Shown: one piece after another, positions 1 through 9,391 of the stretch
Layout: every line of letters starts with the position of its first letter
How positions within the stretch are numbered: position 1 is the first letter of the stretch
Assembly (NCBI GenBank): GCA_043745785.1
Contig: JAYTSG010000009.1
Coordinates: 1 to 43,573 of the forward strand
Reading direction: 5' to 3'
DNA length: 43,573 bases
Source of the DNA: a bacterium
GTDB lineage: Bacteria; Patescibacteriota; Minisyncoccia; Phycocordibacterales; UBA5272
Position numbers and translations under genes: made by a program
Notes under the pieces: generated by a model
Database searches by the model: none
What the model saw: only the letters and a program-made list of their open reading frames with translations
Told to the model about the DNA's origin: nothing

Positions 1-220
1 AACCCTTTTGTGTCATGTAGCTATTGTAGTTGAAAACCGAAGGTTTTCAAACTTTCCTACAAGGACCTGCGGCAGAGACCGCAGGGAATCGAGTTCAACA
101 ATTTAATGTACTTTTATCTAAAAATATAGAAAAGATTTTTTAAAATAAACAGCACTTTCAATGCTACCTTTTTTAAGAATTAAAAAAATGGTAGAGTAAA
201 CACTAGTAACAGAAATCTCT

Positions 221-1231
221 ATGTCCTCCATCCACACCAAAGCAATACAAAATATCAAAGACATACTTTCTATCTGTATCAAACATGATCAAGAGAGGGA
301 GAATGCGCTAGTAGTCCATGACAGCCAGTTTGGTCTCACGGATATTGTTCTTGCTGGCTATAGAGAAGCATTGCCGTCTGCGCATTTTATCAATTTTGAT
401 GAGATGAATAAAGAAGAAATTATTCATGAGTTTAATCAAATGAAGCCAAAAGATTTAGTGGTACTGATACAGTCAACCAATTTTCTCCTCAATGAATTTC
501 GTATACGCCTGCATTTGTTTAATAAAAATCTCAAAGTGATAGAACATATGCATTTAGCCAGAAATGCACCTCATATGTGGGAAACATACATTGACGCACT
601 CGCATATGATACGAGTTTTTACCCAGTAGTAGCTCCAAAACTAAAGACTAAACTCGACGCTTGTCAAAAGTTGGTCATTTCTTCAGGTGATGTGAAGCTC
701 GAAATGGAAGGAGGGCTCGAACCTGCTATGCTCAACATTGGAGACTATGTCAACATGAATAATGTTGGAGGAACTTTTCCTATTGGTGAAGTTTTTACAG
801 AAGGGAAAGATCTTACTAAGCTTCATGGATCTATTTCTATTTACGCTTTTGCTGATAAGGATTTTAACGTACGTATATATGAGCCATTTCTCGTTCATAT
901 CGAGCAGGGTGAAATAGTAGGAGTAGGAGAAAATGCTCCAGAGCTTTTTAGAGAAATACTCGCTTTGGTAAAGTCATATGAAAGATCTGTGATACGAGAG
1001 ATAGGGTTTGGATTAAACAGAGCTATCACCAGGGATCATTACTTGTCCGATATTACTGCTTTTGAGAGAATACTCGGTATGCATCTTTCTCTTGGGGAGA
1101 AACATAGTGTTTATAAAAAAGAAGGTATGACTACCAATAAGACCAAATTTCATATTGATATATTTCCTGTGGTAGAAAAAGTTACCTGTGATGGTGTGGT
1201 GATATTTGAAAACGGTATCTATGCGGTGTAA
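221..1231 (+). CDS. Thermophilic-metalloprotease (M29/aminopeptidase)-like protein
   Basis: Motifs GGTFPIGEVF, IREIGFGLN, ERILGMHLSLG and FHIDI resemble the AmpT/M29 metallopeptidase fold. Confidence 0.6.
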   Translation: MSSIHTKAIQNIKDILSICIKHDQERENALVVHDSQFGLTDIVLAGYREALPSAHFINFDEMNKEEIIHEFNQMKPKDLVVLIQSTNFLLNEFRIRLHLFNKNLKVIEHMHLARNAPHMWETYIDALAYDTSFYPVVAPKLKTKLDACQKLVISSGDVKLEMEGGLEPAMLNIGDYVNMNNVGGTFPIGEVFTEGKDLTKLHGSISIYAFADKDFNVRIYEPFLVHIEQGEIVGVGENAPELFREILALVKSYERSVIREIGFGLNRAITRDHYLSDITAFERILGMHLSLGEKHSVYKKEGMTTNKTKFHIDIFPVVEKVTCDGVVIFENGIYAV

Positions 1232-1263
1232 AAAATTTTTGATAAATATTGTATACTTAGTAT

Positions 1264-1539
1264 ATGAAAATGGAACAATTTAGTACAAATAAATATGAAG
1301 CTTCAAAAGTATCTGATAAAGAATTAAGAGCAATGACAGAAATGAAAGCAGTTGTACAAGAAGCACTTATGGAGAAAATGTATGATCATTATCCAACAAA
1401 TGATGAAGCAATGGCCTGGATTGAAAAATATGCGGAAGATCTCAATTTTTATTTCGTTGAACATCCTACTACAACCATGGATACTATAGCAGAAATACAT
1501 AAATATCTTATCGAAAAAACAAAGGTTACTCTTCATTAG
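1264..1539 (+). CDS. Hypothetical protein (91 aa)
   Basis: Clean ORF; TATACT (1252-1257) lies 6 nt before the ATG. Confidence 0.6.
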   Translation: MKMEQFSTNKYEASKVSDKELRAMTEMKAVVQEALMEKMYDHYPTNDEAMAWIEKYAEDLNFYFVEHPTTTMDTIAEIHKYLIEKTKVTLH

Positions 1540-1547
1540 AATTTTTC

Positions 1548-2549
1548 ATGCAAAAAAAATCTGTGTTTCTTAAAGACTTGACCACTTTTCGTATGGGTGG
1601 AAGAGTGACACTCGTCTCACTTTCTTCTCATGCTGATGTTGAAAGTTTTTTTTATGATGAGAATAAATATCATATTATCGGAAGCGGTTCAAATATTCTT
1701 GTTTCTGAAAAAGAATGGGACATACCCTTTGTGAGCTATGTAGATGTTAATGTACTTTACACAGAAATAAATGACAGCACTACCTTCGTTACTGTTTCTG
1801 CTGGTAAAAATTGGGATGAATTTGTTTCTGAAACAGTAGCCTTAGGGTATGGCACGTTTGCAAATCTTTCACTGATTCCTGGCACTGTTGGAGCAGCTCC
1901 TGTACAAAATATTGGAGCATATGGCACTGAGGTAAGTGAGAGTATTTTCTGTGTGAAAGGCTATGATACACAAGAAAAGAAATGGAAGGAATATCACAAT
2001 AGTGATTGCTTTTTCTCGTACAGGAAAAGTATTTTTCAAGGAATCAAATCTTTTTTGATTACTGAGGTTGTTTTTAAACTCAGTAAAGGTGTGCCAAAGT
2101 TGCCAATCTACGGAGCGCTAAAAAAAATTTTTGAAGAAAAAGAATCTATTTCGCCAGAAGAGCTTCGTACTGAAGTTATACGTATTAGAGATAGTAAATT
2201 ACCAAGAATAAATGTGACAGCTTCTGTAGGCTCATTTTTTAAGAACCCTATCGTATCCCGCGCTGTGCTAGAAAAATTACGAGAGCAATTTGAAACTATC
2301 CCATCTTTTGCAGTAGATGAGGGGAAAGTCAAACTCGCAGCTGGTTTTCTGATTGAGTATTCTTGCAGCGAGATTTTTGAGTACAAAAATCTCGCGCTCT
2401 ACGAAAAAAATAGGTTAGTAATGGTAAATCTTGGAGATAAAACTTCTCTTAGTGAGGTAATCGAGTATGCCACACTCATCAAAACACAAGTCAAAAAAAA
2501 ATGTGGAGTTGAAATTGAAATTGAACCAGAAATACTTAGAGAAGTGTAA
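1548..2549 (+). CDS. murB: UDP-N-acetylenolpyruvoylglucosamine reductase
   Basis: LTTFRMGG, GSGSNIL, IPGTVGAAPVQNIGAYG, GSFFKNP, C-terminal EPE. Confidence 0.95.
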   Translation: MQKKSVFLKDLTTFRMGGRVTLVSLSSHADVESFFYDENKYHIIGSGSNILVSEKEWDIPFVSYVDVNVLYTEINDSTTFVTVSAGKNWDEFVSETVALGYGTFANLSLIPGTVGAAPVQNIGAYGTEVSESIFCVKGYDTQEKKWKEYHNSDCFFSYRKSIFQGIKSFLITEVVFKLSKGVPKLPIYGALKKIFEEKESISPEELRTEVIRIRDSKLPRINVTASVGSFFKNPIVSRAVLEKLREQFETIPSFAVDEGKVKLAAGFLIEYSCSEIFEYKNLALYEKNRLVMVNLGDKTSLSEVIEYATLIKTQVKKKCGVEIEIEPEILREV

Positions 2550-2629
2550 ATAGGTGCGCTTAGTTGAGGAGATTTTTGAGTGAGATGTACGGAACTTTTC
2601 CTCATTTTACTATTAGACCAAAATAGATA

Positions 2630-2670
2630 AAAAGTAAGAGTGTAGTCCTTATGGCTACACTCTTACTTTT
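2630..2670. terminator. Bidirectional intrinsic terminator between convergent murB and hsp20
   Basis: aaaagtaagagtgtag...ctacactcttactttt 16-bp inverted repeat with A/T tails. Confidence 0.8.
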
Positions 2671-3219
2671 TTATATTGACTTTACTTTAATCTTTGACTG
2701 CCTTGCTTTGTCTATCTTTGGCATACGTATGATGAGTAGTCCATGTTTTTCAACTGCTTCTGCTTCCTCTATTTCTATTTCATGAGGGAGTAATATACTT
2801 CTTGAAAAAGGACCCCAGTAGAGTTCTTTGTAAAAATAATCATCTGGTGGTATCTGAGTGTTGGCATCTCTTCTTCCTTTAATGGTTATCATGTCGCGAG
2901 TAATAGAGAGATGAAGATCCTCTGGTTTTACTCCAGCAACCATGGCTTCAATAATGATTTCTGATTGTGTCTGATACACATCAACAGAGAGCTCTCCTTC
3001 TTCATCTTCTGAAACAGATTCTTCGACTACATGATGGACCTTTCGGGTAAGGGGTCTATCTTCGATAGCACGTTCTTCTCTACCACGTTTTTGAGTGGAT
3101 CTAACAGGGAGGACTTCTTCTTCATCTTGTTCATCAACATCGAGATAAGTCTCTTCTTCATCTTCGACATTGATAGACCCAGCTAGTCTTTCAAAAAATG
3201 ATTTCTTTTCTTTAAGCAT
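2671..3219 (-). CDS. Hsp20/alpha-crystallin small heat shock protein
   Basis: LSVDVYQT...AMVAGVKPEDL...ELYWGPFSRSILLP...GLLIIRMPK; ATG at 3219 preferred over TTG at 3225. Confidence 0.9.
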   Translation of the reverse strand: MLKEKKSFFERLAGSINVEDEEETYLDVDEQDEEEVLPVRSTQKRGREERAIEDRPLTRKVHHVVEESVSEDEEGELSVDVYQTQSEIIIEAMVAGVKPEDLHLSITRDMITIKGRRDANTQIPPDDYFYKELYWGPFSRSILLPHEIEIEEAEAVEKHGLLIIRMPKIDKARQSKIKVKSI

Positions 3220-3331
3220 AAACAAAATAGTAAGTTAGTGTGTATAAGGATAGTATACTCTCTTTTTTATTTGCATGTGAGAGTAATCCACAGAAGAGAT
3301 GGATGGTTTAAGGTTAAACGTTTTAGAATAC

Positions 3332-3370
3332 AGTTATTAGTTATTAGTTATTAGTTATTAGTTATTAGTT
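3332..3370. repeat. Heptamer tandem repeat (AGTTATT)x5.5
   Basis: Read directly from the sequence. Confidence 0.95.
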
Positions 3371-3378
3371 GAATCAGT

Positions 3379-3430
3379 TTCTAATTTAAGAAAGTAACGC
3401 CCGAAAAGGTACTACTTTCTTAAATTAGAA
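3379..3430 (-). terminator. 18-bp perfect inverted repeat downstream of valS (probable terminator)
   Basis: ttctaatttaagaaagta-N16-tactttcttaaattagaa. Confidence 0.6.
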
Positions 3431-3460
3431 TGGTTAACGTAGAACGTTTAACGGGGTCAT

Positions 3461-5608
3461 CTACCATTTCGCTACCATCAGCATATCTTCACCATCATCC
3501 TTCAGGTATTTCCAGATTTCTTCAGTAATGAAAGGCATGAAAGGATGTAGTACTTTTATTTGCTCTCGAAGAAGGGTAAGAAGTAATTTCTGCGCACTAT
3601 CCTTATCTTTATTTTCCATAATTCTCACTTTGTGGGTCTCAATAATCACATCACAGAATGTTTTCCAGAAGTAGTTATAGATTTTCTCAGAAGCAAGGTG
3701 AAGGCGATAGTTTTCAAGGTCACTTGCGATATCATTTTTGACTGCCTCCCACGCAGAAAGCAGTTGTGTATCTTCTTCTATGAGTTCTACAGTATCATCT
3801 TCAAAGTCTGCAGTTTTTTCTAAAACAAACCTTGTAGCATTCCATATTTTATTGGCGAAAAGTTTATAGGCTTTTACTTTATCTTCACCGAGCTTGAGAT
3901 CATTCCCTGGGCCATTGGCTACCATGAGCGACATGCGAAGAGCATCAGTACCGTATTTTGCGGTAAGGTCACGAGGGTCGAGTACGTTGCCGATAGATTT
4001 GCTCATCTTTCTTCCTTGTGCATCTCGCACGAGTCCGTGGAGGTATACCTGTTTAAAAGGGACTTCATTTAATGCATAGGTCGAAAAGAGTATCATACGA
4101 GCTACCCAAAAGAAAAGTATATCGTGCCCGGTCTCAAGGAGATTCGTTGGGTGAAAGGTTTTAAGATCAAGCGTCTCATCTGGCCAGCCAAGTGTAGAGA
4201 ATGTCCACATGCCGGAAGAGAACCATGTGTCCAGTGTATCCTCATCCTGTATCCAGCCGTCCCCAAGAGGAGCTTCAATACCAACAAACATTTCCTCATC
4301 TTTATACCAAACAGGTACTCGATGTCCATACCAGATTTGTCTTGATATACACCAGTCGCGGAGATTATCTATCCAGTGATGATAAACTTTCTCAAATCGG
4401 TCGGGGAGTATGTTCGTTCGTTTGCTTGCAACTGCGTCATGCATGAGTTTTTTGAGTGTGGTCGTGTTACTAAAATGCTTAAATTCTTTGTTCACTGCGA
4501 TGAACCATTGCTTCATGATTTGTGGCTCAACGATACCACCACTACGCTCTGCAGTAGAAATATTATGAGTATAGTCTTCTATTTTTTCTACGAGATCTTT
4601 AGCTTGTAATTTTTCAACTATTTTATCTCTAGCATCTTTTATCTTCATACCAGCAAATTCTTGTGCGATAGGGAGAAGTTTTCCGTACTTGTCGATGATC
4701 TGTTCATAGTCCAGCTCATATTTTTTTGCGATGTCAAAATCAACGACCGAGTGCCATGGTGTGATTGTCATGACTCCTGTGCCAAACTCTGGATCAGCTG
4801 ACTCATCTTTAATGATGGTTGCTTCGAGAGGTCCATTAATCCATTCGACCATCAGCTTGTCACCGTGCTTATATTCTTGGTATCTGACGTCATCTGGATG
4901 CATGACGACATATTTGTCACCAAATTTTGTTTCAGGTCGAGCTGTGCCGATAGTAAATGGTCCATATTTAAAATAATAAAACTTTGATTTTTCTTCAGTG
5001 TAAACGAGCTCATCATCGGAAATGGTAGTCTGGCCTTTTGGATCCCAGTTAACGATACGATTTCCTTTGTAGATAAGTCCATCTTCATACATTTTTTTAA
5101 ACATCGTTTTCACTGCAATATTACGCTTTTCGTCGATGGTAAAAGCAAGCCTTGACCAATCAAGCGATGCTCCCATCGAGCGGAACTGAGAGAGGATTGT
5201 CGACTGACTTTCTTTTGCAAACTGGTTGATGCGACTCAACATCTCTTCTCGTCCTAAATCATGACGAGATTTTCCTTCTTCTTTCTGAATTTTTTTCTCT
5301 ACTACTGATTGTGTTGCAATGGCAGCGTGGTCTGTACCAGGAAGCCAGAGCGTTTTCTTGCCATTCATGCGGTGAAAACGAATGAGAGTGTCTTGTATAG
5401 CGAGCATGATGGCATGCCCTGTGTGGAGTGTGCCGGTCACGTTCGGTGGTGGAAGGATGATGGTAAATGGTGTAGTTCGCTCTTTTCCATCTACCTTTGG
5501 TAGATTGTCTGGATTAAAGTAGCCACCCTTTTCCCACATAGTATAAAGTTGTGGCTCGACGCTCTCAGGATTGTACGGCTTTAATAATTGTTCGGGTACT
5601 ATTTTCAT
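3461..5608 (-). CDS. valS: Valine--tRNA ligase (short form, no C-terminal coiled coil)
   Basis: PPPNVTGTLHTGH, PGTDHAAIATQ, DWCISRQIWYGH, DTWFSSG, KMSKS. Confidence 0.97.
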   Translation of the reverse strand: MKIVPEQLLKPYNPESVEPQLYTMWEKGGYFNPDNLPKVDGKERTTPFTIILPPPNVTGTLHTGHAIMLAIQDTLIRFHRMNGKKTLWLPGTDHAAIATQSVVEKKIQKEEGKSRHDLGREEMLSRINQFAKESQSTILSQFRSMGASLDWSRLAFTIDEKRNIAVKTMFKKMYEDGLIYKGNRIVNWDPKGQTTISDDELVYTEEKSKFYYFKYGPFTIGTARPETKFGDKYVVMHPDDVRYQEYKHGDKLMVEWINGPLEATIIKDESADPEFGTGVMTITPWHSVVDFDIAKKYELDYEQIIDKYGKLLPIAQEFAGMKIKDARDKIVEKLQAKDLVEKIEDYTHNISTAERSGGIVEPQIMKQWFIAVNKEFKHFSNTTTLKKLMHDAVASKRTNILPDRFEKVYHHWIDNLRDWCISRQIWYGHRVPVWYKDEEMFVGIEAPLGDGWIQDEDTLDTWFSSGMWTFSTLGWPDETLDLKTFHPTNLLETGHDILFFWVARMILFSTYALNEVPFKQVYLHGLVRDAQGRKMSKSIGNVLDPRDLTAKYGTDALRMSLMVANGPGNDLKLGEDKVKAYKLFANKIWNATRFVLEKTADFEDDTVELIEEDTQLLSAWEAVKNDIASDLENYRLHLASEKIYNYFWKTFCDVIIETHKVRIMENKDKDSAQKLLLTLLREQIKVLHPFMPFITEEIWKYLKDDGEDMLMVAKW

Positions 5609-5871
5609 ATAGCTATTCTAACATAAAATAAAAAACGAAAATAAAAATGAGTGAGTGGTAAATGTCTAAATTTATCGCATACTTACAAGTACATTACTTG
5701 AAAGATGGATTTCCCACTAAAAAAGCAAATTTCTCTTTTTTGAGTAAACAGCTTTTAGTATAATGGTTTTTGGAGAGAGATTTTTTGAGCTGGATGCATT
5801 TATGGGAAAGTGCGCAGTGTTACGGATGGGCACAGAAAATAGTACAATTAATTGTACAGTAACTCATATTT

Positions 5872-6177
5872 ATGGAACCAACAAACACACAAACTCAAAC
5901 TACCCAAAATCAACCAGTAATAGAAGTAAACAAGATAGACTCAGTTATTAAGGACATGCGTATCAGTCCAGAATGGATGATAACATTGGTACTCGCTTTC
6001 TTTCTAGGGGTAATTGGAGTTCATCGTTTTTATAATGGAAAAATAGGAACAGGTATTTTAACGGTTCTTACACTTGGAGGGTTTGGTATTTGGGTGATTA
6101 TTGATTTAGTCATGGTACTTTTTGGTAAATTTACAAAAAAAGACGGAACACTTATTACAGTGAGAATGCTAGCATAA
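5872..6177 (+). CDS. TM2 domain membrane protein
   Basis: LAFFLGVIGVHRFYNGKIGTGIL...GGFGIWVIIDL. Confidence 0.9.
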   Translation: MEPTNTQTQTTQNQPVIEVNKIDSVIKDMRISPEWMITLVLAFFLGVIGVHRFYNGKIGTGILTVLTLGGFGIWVIIDLVMVLFGKFTKKDGTLITVRMLA

Positions 6178-6251
6178 TCAAGCATTGATTTATTTAAAAA
6201 ACGATAATTTTGCTTGAGACAAAAGACTCTCTGTAGTATGCTCATTACATC

Positions 6252-6854
6252 ATGAACAAAAAGCAGTCTACTATTTTAAAAAAAGGAGGAACTATCAGTA
6301 AAGAAGCGATGAAGAACGTTGCAAAAGTTATTGAAAAAGATAAGTTAACTAAAGGTATAGCGGACAAGGGTTCCGTAAAGCTTCCCGATCATCATTTTAA
6401 GCAAGTCAAGGTAAAACGTGGTCTCGCAGGTCTCGGTCTCTTTGCAGAGGAACCAATAAAAAAAGGAGAACTTATTATTGAATATATTGGCAATATCTTA
6501 AACAAAGAAGAATCAGAAGCTATTAAAAGTAATCAATACCTTTTTGAAATCAATCGTAATAAAACTATTGATGGTTCAGTGAGATGGAACATTGCACGCT
6601 ACTGCAATCATTCTTGCGATGGTAACGCTGAAAGTGAAATCACTAAAGGGAGAATACTTATTCGTGCTACCAAGAATATAAAAACAGGGGATGAGATAGT
6701 GTATGACTATGGCGAAGAGTTCGTGAATGAGTTTATCTCTTCCAAAGGGTGTCGTTGTACCTCAAAGAAGCATAGCTATGGTGCAAAGGGCGCAGAGACT
6801 ATGATAGACGTAGTAGGGATGAGTACAATAAATGTAAAAGAAATTGAAAGTTAA
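6252..6854 (+). CDS. SET-domain protein-lysine N-methyltransferase
   Basis: GLGLFA, IIEYIG, ARYCNHSC, EIVYDYG and post-SET-like CRC. Confidence 0.92.
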   Translation: MNKKQSTILKKGGTISKEAMKNVAKVIEKDKLTKGIADKGSVKLPDHHFKQVKVKRGLAGLGLFAEEPIKKGELIIEYIGNILNKEESEAIKSNQYLFEINRNKTIDGSVRWNIARYCNHSCDGNAESEITKGRILIRATKNIKTGDEIVYDYGEEFVNEFISSKGCRCTSKKHSYGAKGAETMIDVVGMSTINVKEIES

Positions 6855-7121
6855 TGAAAAATTCTTTAGTATTTATTTCTATAGTGAAGAATTTTCGGCT
6901 TTCACCACAGGGAATCAGATGCAACCTAAACATTGTATTGTAGAAATGACTTCGTCATTTCTTATATTTGCTCCCCAACATACTCTTGTGCGTAGCACCT
7001 AAGATACCCCACAAGTGTCAACGCGGAGCGTGCGAGAGGATAGCTCTGCTATGGGAGCTTCATTACAAAATATAACTCTCCATATTCCCTGACTTATACC
7101 ACAGGGTGTTCTATGAGGAAT

Positions 7122-7170
7122 AAAAAAAACGGCGCGCTTCTCCTCCATGGGGGAGGGAAAGCGCGCCGTC
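7122..7170. terminator. GC-rich hairpin, probable terminator (U-tract on minus strand)
   Basis: aaaaaaacggcgcgctt...aagcgcgccgt. Confidence 0.7.
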
Positions 7171-7298
7171 AGAGCAAGTCCATAGCATTGTCAATCAGTA
7201 CCCTCCACGATGTTTCTTCCCTCCCTAACCCTGGGAAAGATGTAGTGAGGGCAGGCTGGGTGCTGATTCTCGAGACTTTGATATGGATAACTCAAAAC

Positions 7299-7961
7299 TT
7301 ATTTCGATACTGCGAACACTACCAAGCCAGGAGACTTACCAGTGATTCCCTGGCCAAAAGTAGTGACATAACTGAGAGTTACTGGTACTTTGTCATTGCT
7401 AGGAATGATGATGACAGGATATCTTCCGGTAGACTTGTTACCCAAGAGTAGCCAGCTTACCCCAAAAGTACTTAAAGTTTGCCTCGCATCATTTGCAAGA
7501 TGCGAAATAATCTCAAGCATAATGTAAAGGGCTGGGGTCTTCACTTGAGGGTTAGTCATTTTTGCCTCCTTATATAGATCATCAATAGACTTGAGCTGTC
7601 GAGGATTTGTTATGACCATGATGCAGTGCGTAGGATTTTCTGCCGTCAGAGTACTTCCTACGCCACTCAACTCTTCAAGCTCACCATGCGACACATGAAT
7701 GACTTCTTTTTCGTCAGCTTGTGCTATTGCAGCCAAATATGGCTCAACCGCCTCAGACATCCTTGCATACTGAGTATAGGGTAATGTTGATATGCAAATA
7801 GTTGAGCTTACTTTTTTGATGAGTTCAAACTCAGGGTTTGTTACCCCTTGTTCACGAATAAAGCCGGCAAGCAGTGAAACAAAAACAGTCGCCCGTTGAT
7901 TTTTATCTTTTAGAAAGACTGAGGAATCTATTACTCTTTCAGTTATTTTCTTCGTTGACAT
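7299..7961 (-). CDS. Hypothetical protein (220 aa)
   Basis: Long ORF with AAGGGA SD-like site and a downstream terminator. Confidence 0.65.
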   Translation of the reverse strand: MSTKKITERVIDSSVFLKDKNQRATVFVSLLAGFIREQGVTNPEFELIKKVSSTICISTLPYTQYARMSEAVEPYLAAIAQADEKEVIHVSHGELEELSGVGSTLTAENPTHCIMVITNPRQLKSIDDLYKEAKMTNPQVKTPALYIMLEIISHLANDARQTLSTFGVSWLLLGNKSTGRYPVIIIPSNDKVPVTLSYVTTFGQGITGKSPGLVVFAVSK

Positions 7962-9022
7962 AGTTATCCCTTATAAGACTGAACTTTTTTTGCTAAGAGT
8001 CTATGCCTGTATAAACAAGCAAGTCTAACATGTATTTAATCATACTATAGTAATAATAAGAAAGTTATATTGACAAACTGTCAATTACATTCTATAAACT
8101 AAAAATACTCAGCATAAATTAATTTAAAAAGACTTACTCCATAAGAGTTATTTAGATTTAGAAGCATTTCAGGGTAAGAAAAAATTAAGTTTTTAGTTGT
8201 CATAATTAGCGTTAAGTATACGTTTTACCGTCTTTTTACTTGTTCTCTTTATGGAAGTGTCTCTTTTCTTTACAGAAAATAAGAGCTTTAGTGTCAAATT
8301 CTTTAGTGCTAATGTCTTTCTTCGGACTTACTCCACCGAGTATCATGTGTAATACATAGGGTTACACCATCCAAAGAGTATAGTTGTTTACTTGACTACC
8401 ATTGAGTTACGCTACGTCCCCAGACTGACTTTATGGGGTTACATGCGACTAAAAGTAGTGAGTAACATTTTATTTAACCATCAAACTAAATCTGTCTTAG
8501 ACCAAAGCTCTGTTGTGTTCCTTGTGAATAGATGAGTAAGTAGAATAAACTTTTTTTAAAAGTCATATCTCTCTATTGTAACGGAATTTTGCTATCCACG
8601 CTGTAATATATTTAATATTGAGTCTTTTTAGTCTCTATTTTAAAATCGTGTTAGTGCGTATGAGTAGCTTAATAGACTTGATCTAAGGGGTAATTAGACA
8701 GTTTATGAGTAACATTTTTAATCTTAGTACTGACGTTTTGTTTTTTATTCTGCAAAAATACTCCGTAGAGTAAACAAGAGATATGTAGTAAGATTGTGTG
8801 TTGTACTGAGCACACAACAAACATCGAAGATGTTTGTCCGATACAACGCTCGCATTGTATCGGACACCTTGTGGCATGAGTCTAGGGATGTTTATTTTAC
8901 ATACTCTATGTATGCTTTTTTATATTACCTCTCTATTTTAAACGGGTATCTCTGTGCTACTCACAAAATTATTTATTTTATTTATATGCATATGCAAAGT
9001 ATTTGCATATAAATAAAAAAAG

Positions 9023-9031
9023 TTATCCACA
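9023..9031 (+). promoter_or_regulatory. Perfect DnaA-box consensus TTATCCACA upstream of the promoter of the H1-like gene
   Basis: Exact 9-mer; promoter-like TTGTAC-N16-GATACT follows at about 9050-9077. Confidence 0.4.
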
Positions 9032-9158
9032 ATTTTTTTTATAATATGCTTGTACGTTATCTGCGAAATGAGATACTTATATACAGAGAGTTTGTGTCGC
9101 TAAGGTCGTCGTCATTAACTTAACTCTCTTATTTATATAAACAATAAAAATAACAATT

Positions 9159-9311
9159 ATGGCAGTAAAAAAAGTAGCAAAAAAAGTTGCAAAGAAGGTG
9201 GTAGCAAAAAAAGTAGCAAAGAAGGTGGTAGCAAAAAAAGTAGCAAAAAAAGTTGCAAAGAAGGTAGCACCAAAGAAAGTTGCAAAGAAGGTAGTTTCAA
9301 AGAAGAAATAG
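9159..9311 (+). CDS. Histone H1-like lysine-rich small protein (50 aa), absent from the ORF track
   Basis: MAVKKVAKKVAKKVVAKKVAKKVVAKKVAKKVAKKVAPKKVAKKVVSKKK*; 23 of 50 residues are Lys; synonymous codon variation between repeats; own promoter and terminator. Confidence 0.9.
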   Translation: MAVKKVAKKVAKKVVAKKVAKKVVAKKVAKKVAKKVAPKKVAKKVVSKKK

Positions 9312-9391
9312 TTTCTCTTAAGTTTCTCACAAAAAACGCATCATTCCCACGATGTGTTTTTTGTTTGGTATACTTATTGCTATGAAAGAAA
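9306..9391 (+). repeat. Terminator-promoter-ATG module, copy 1
   Basis: Aligns with 10140-10223; contains hairpin acaaaaaacgcatc...gatgtgttttttgt, then TATACT and ATG. Confidence 0.85.

Noticed and set aside
3226-3300. CIRCE heat-shock operator upstream of hsp20
   Set aside because: No TTAGCACTC-N9-GAGTGCTAA match
7113-7451. 112-aa plus-strand ORF, and the many other short ORFs antisense to valS, secA, dnaB, tgt and malic enzyme
   Set aside because: Shadow ORFs crossing terminators or opposite well-supported genes
9159-9311. Repeats as a CRISPR array or non-coding satellite
   Set aside because: Units are 12-15 nt, in frame, vary synonymously and have no spacers; they encode a Lys-rich protein
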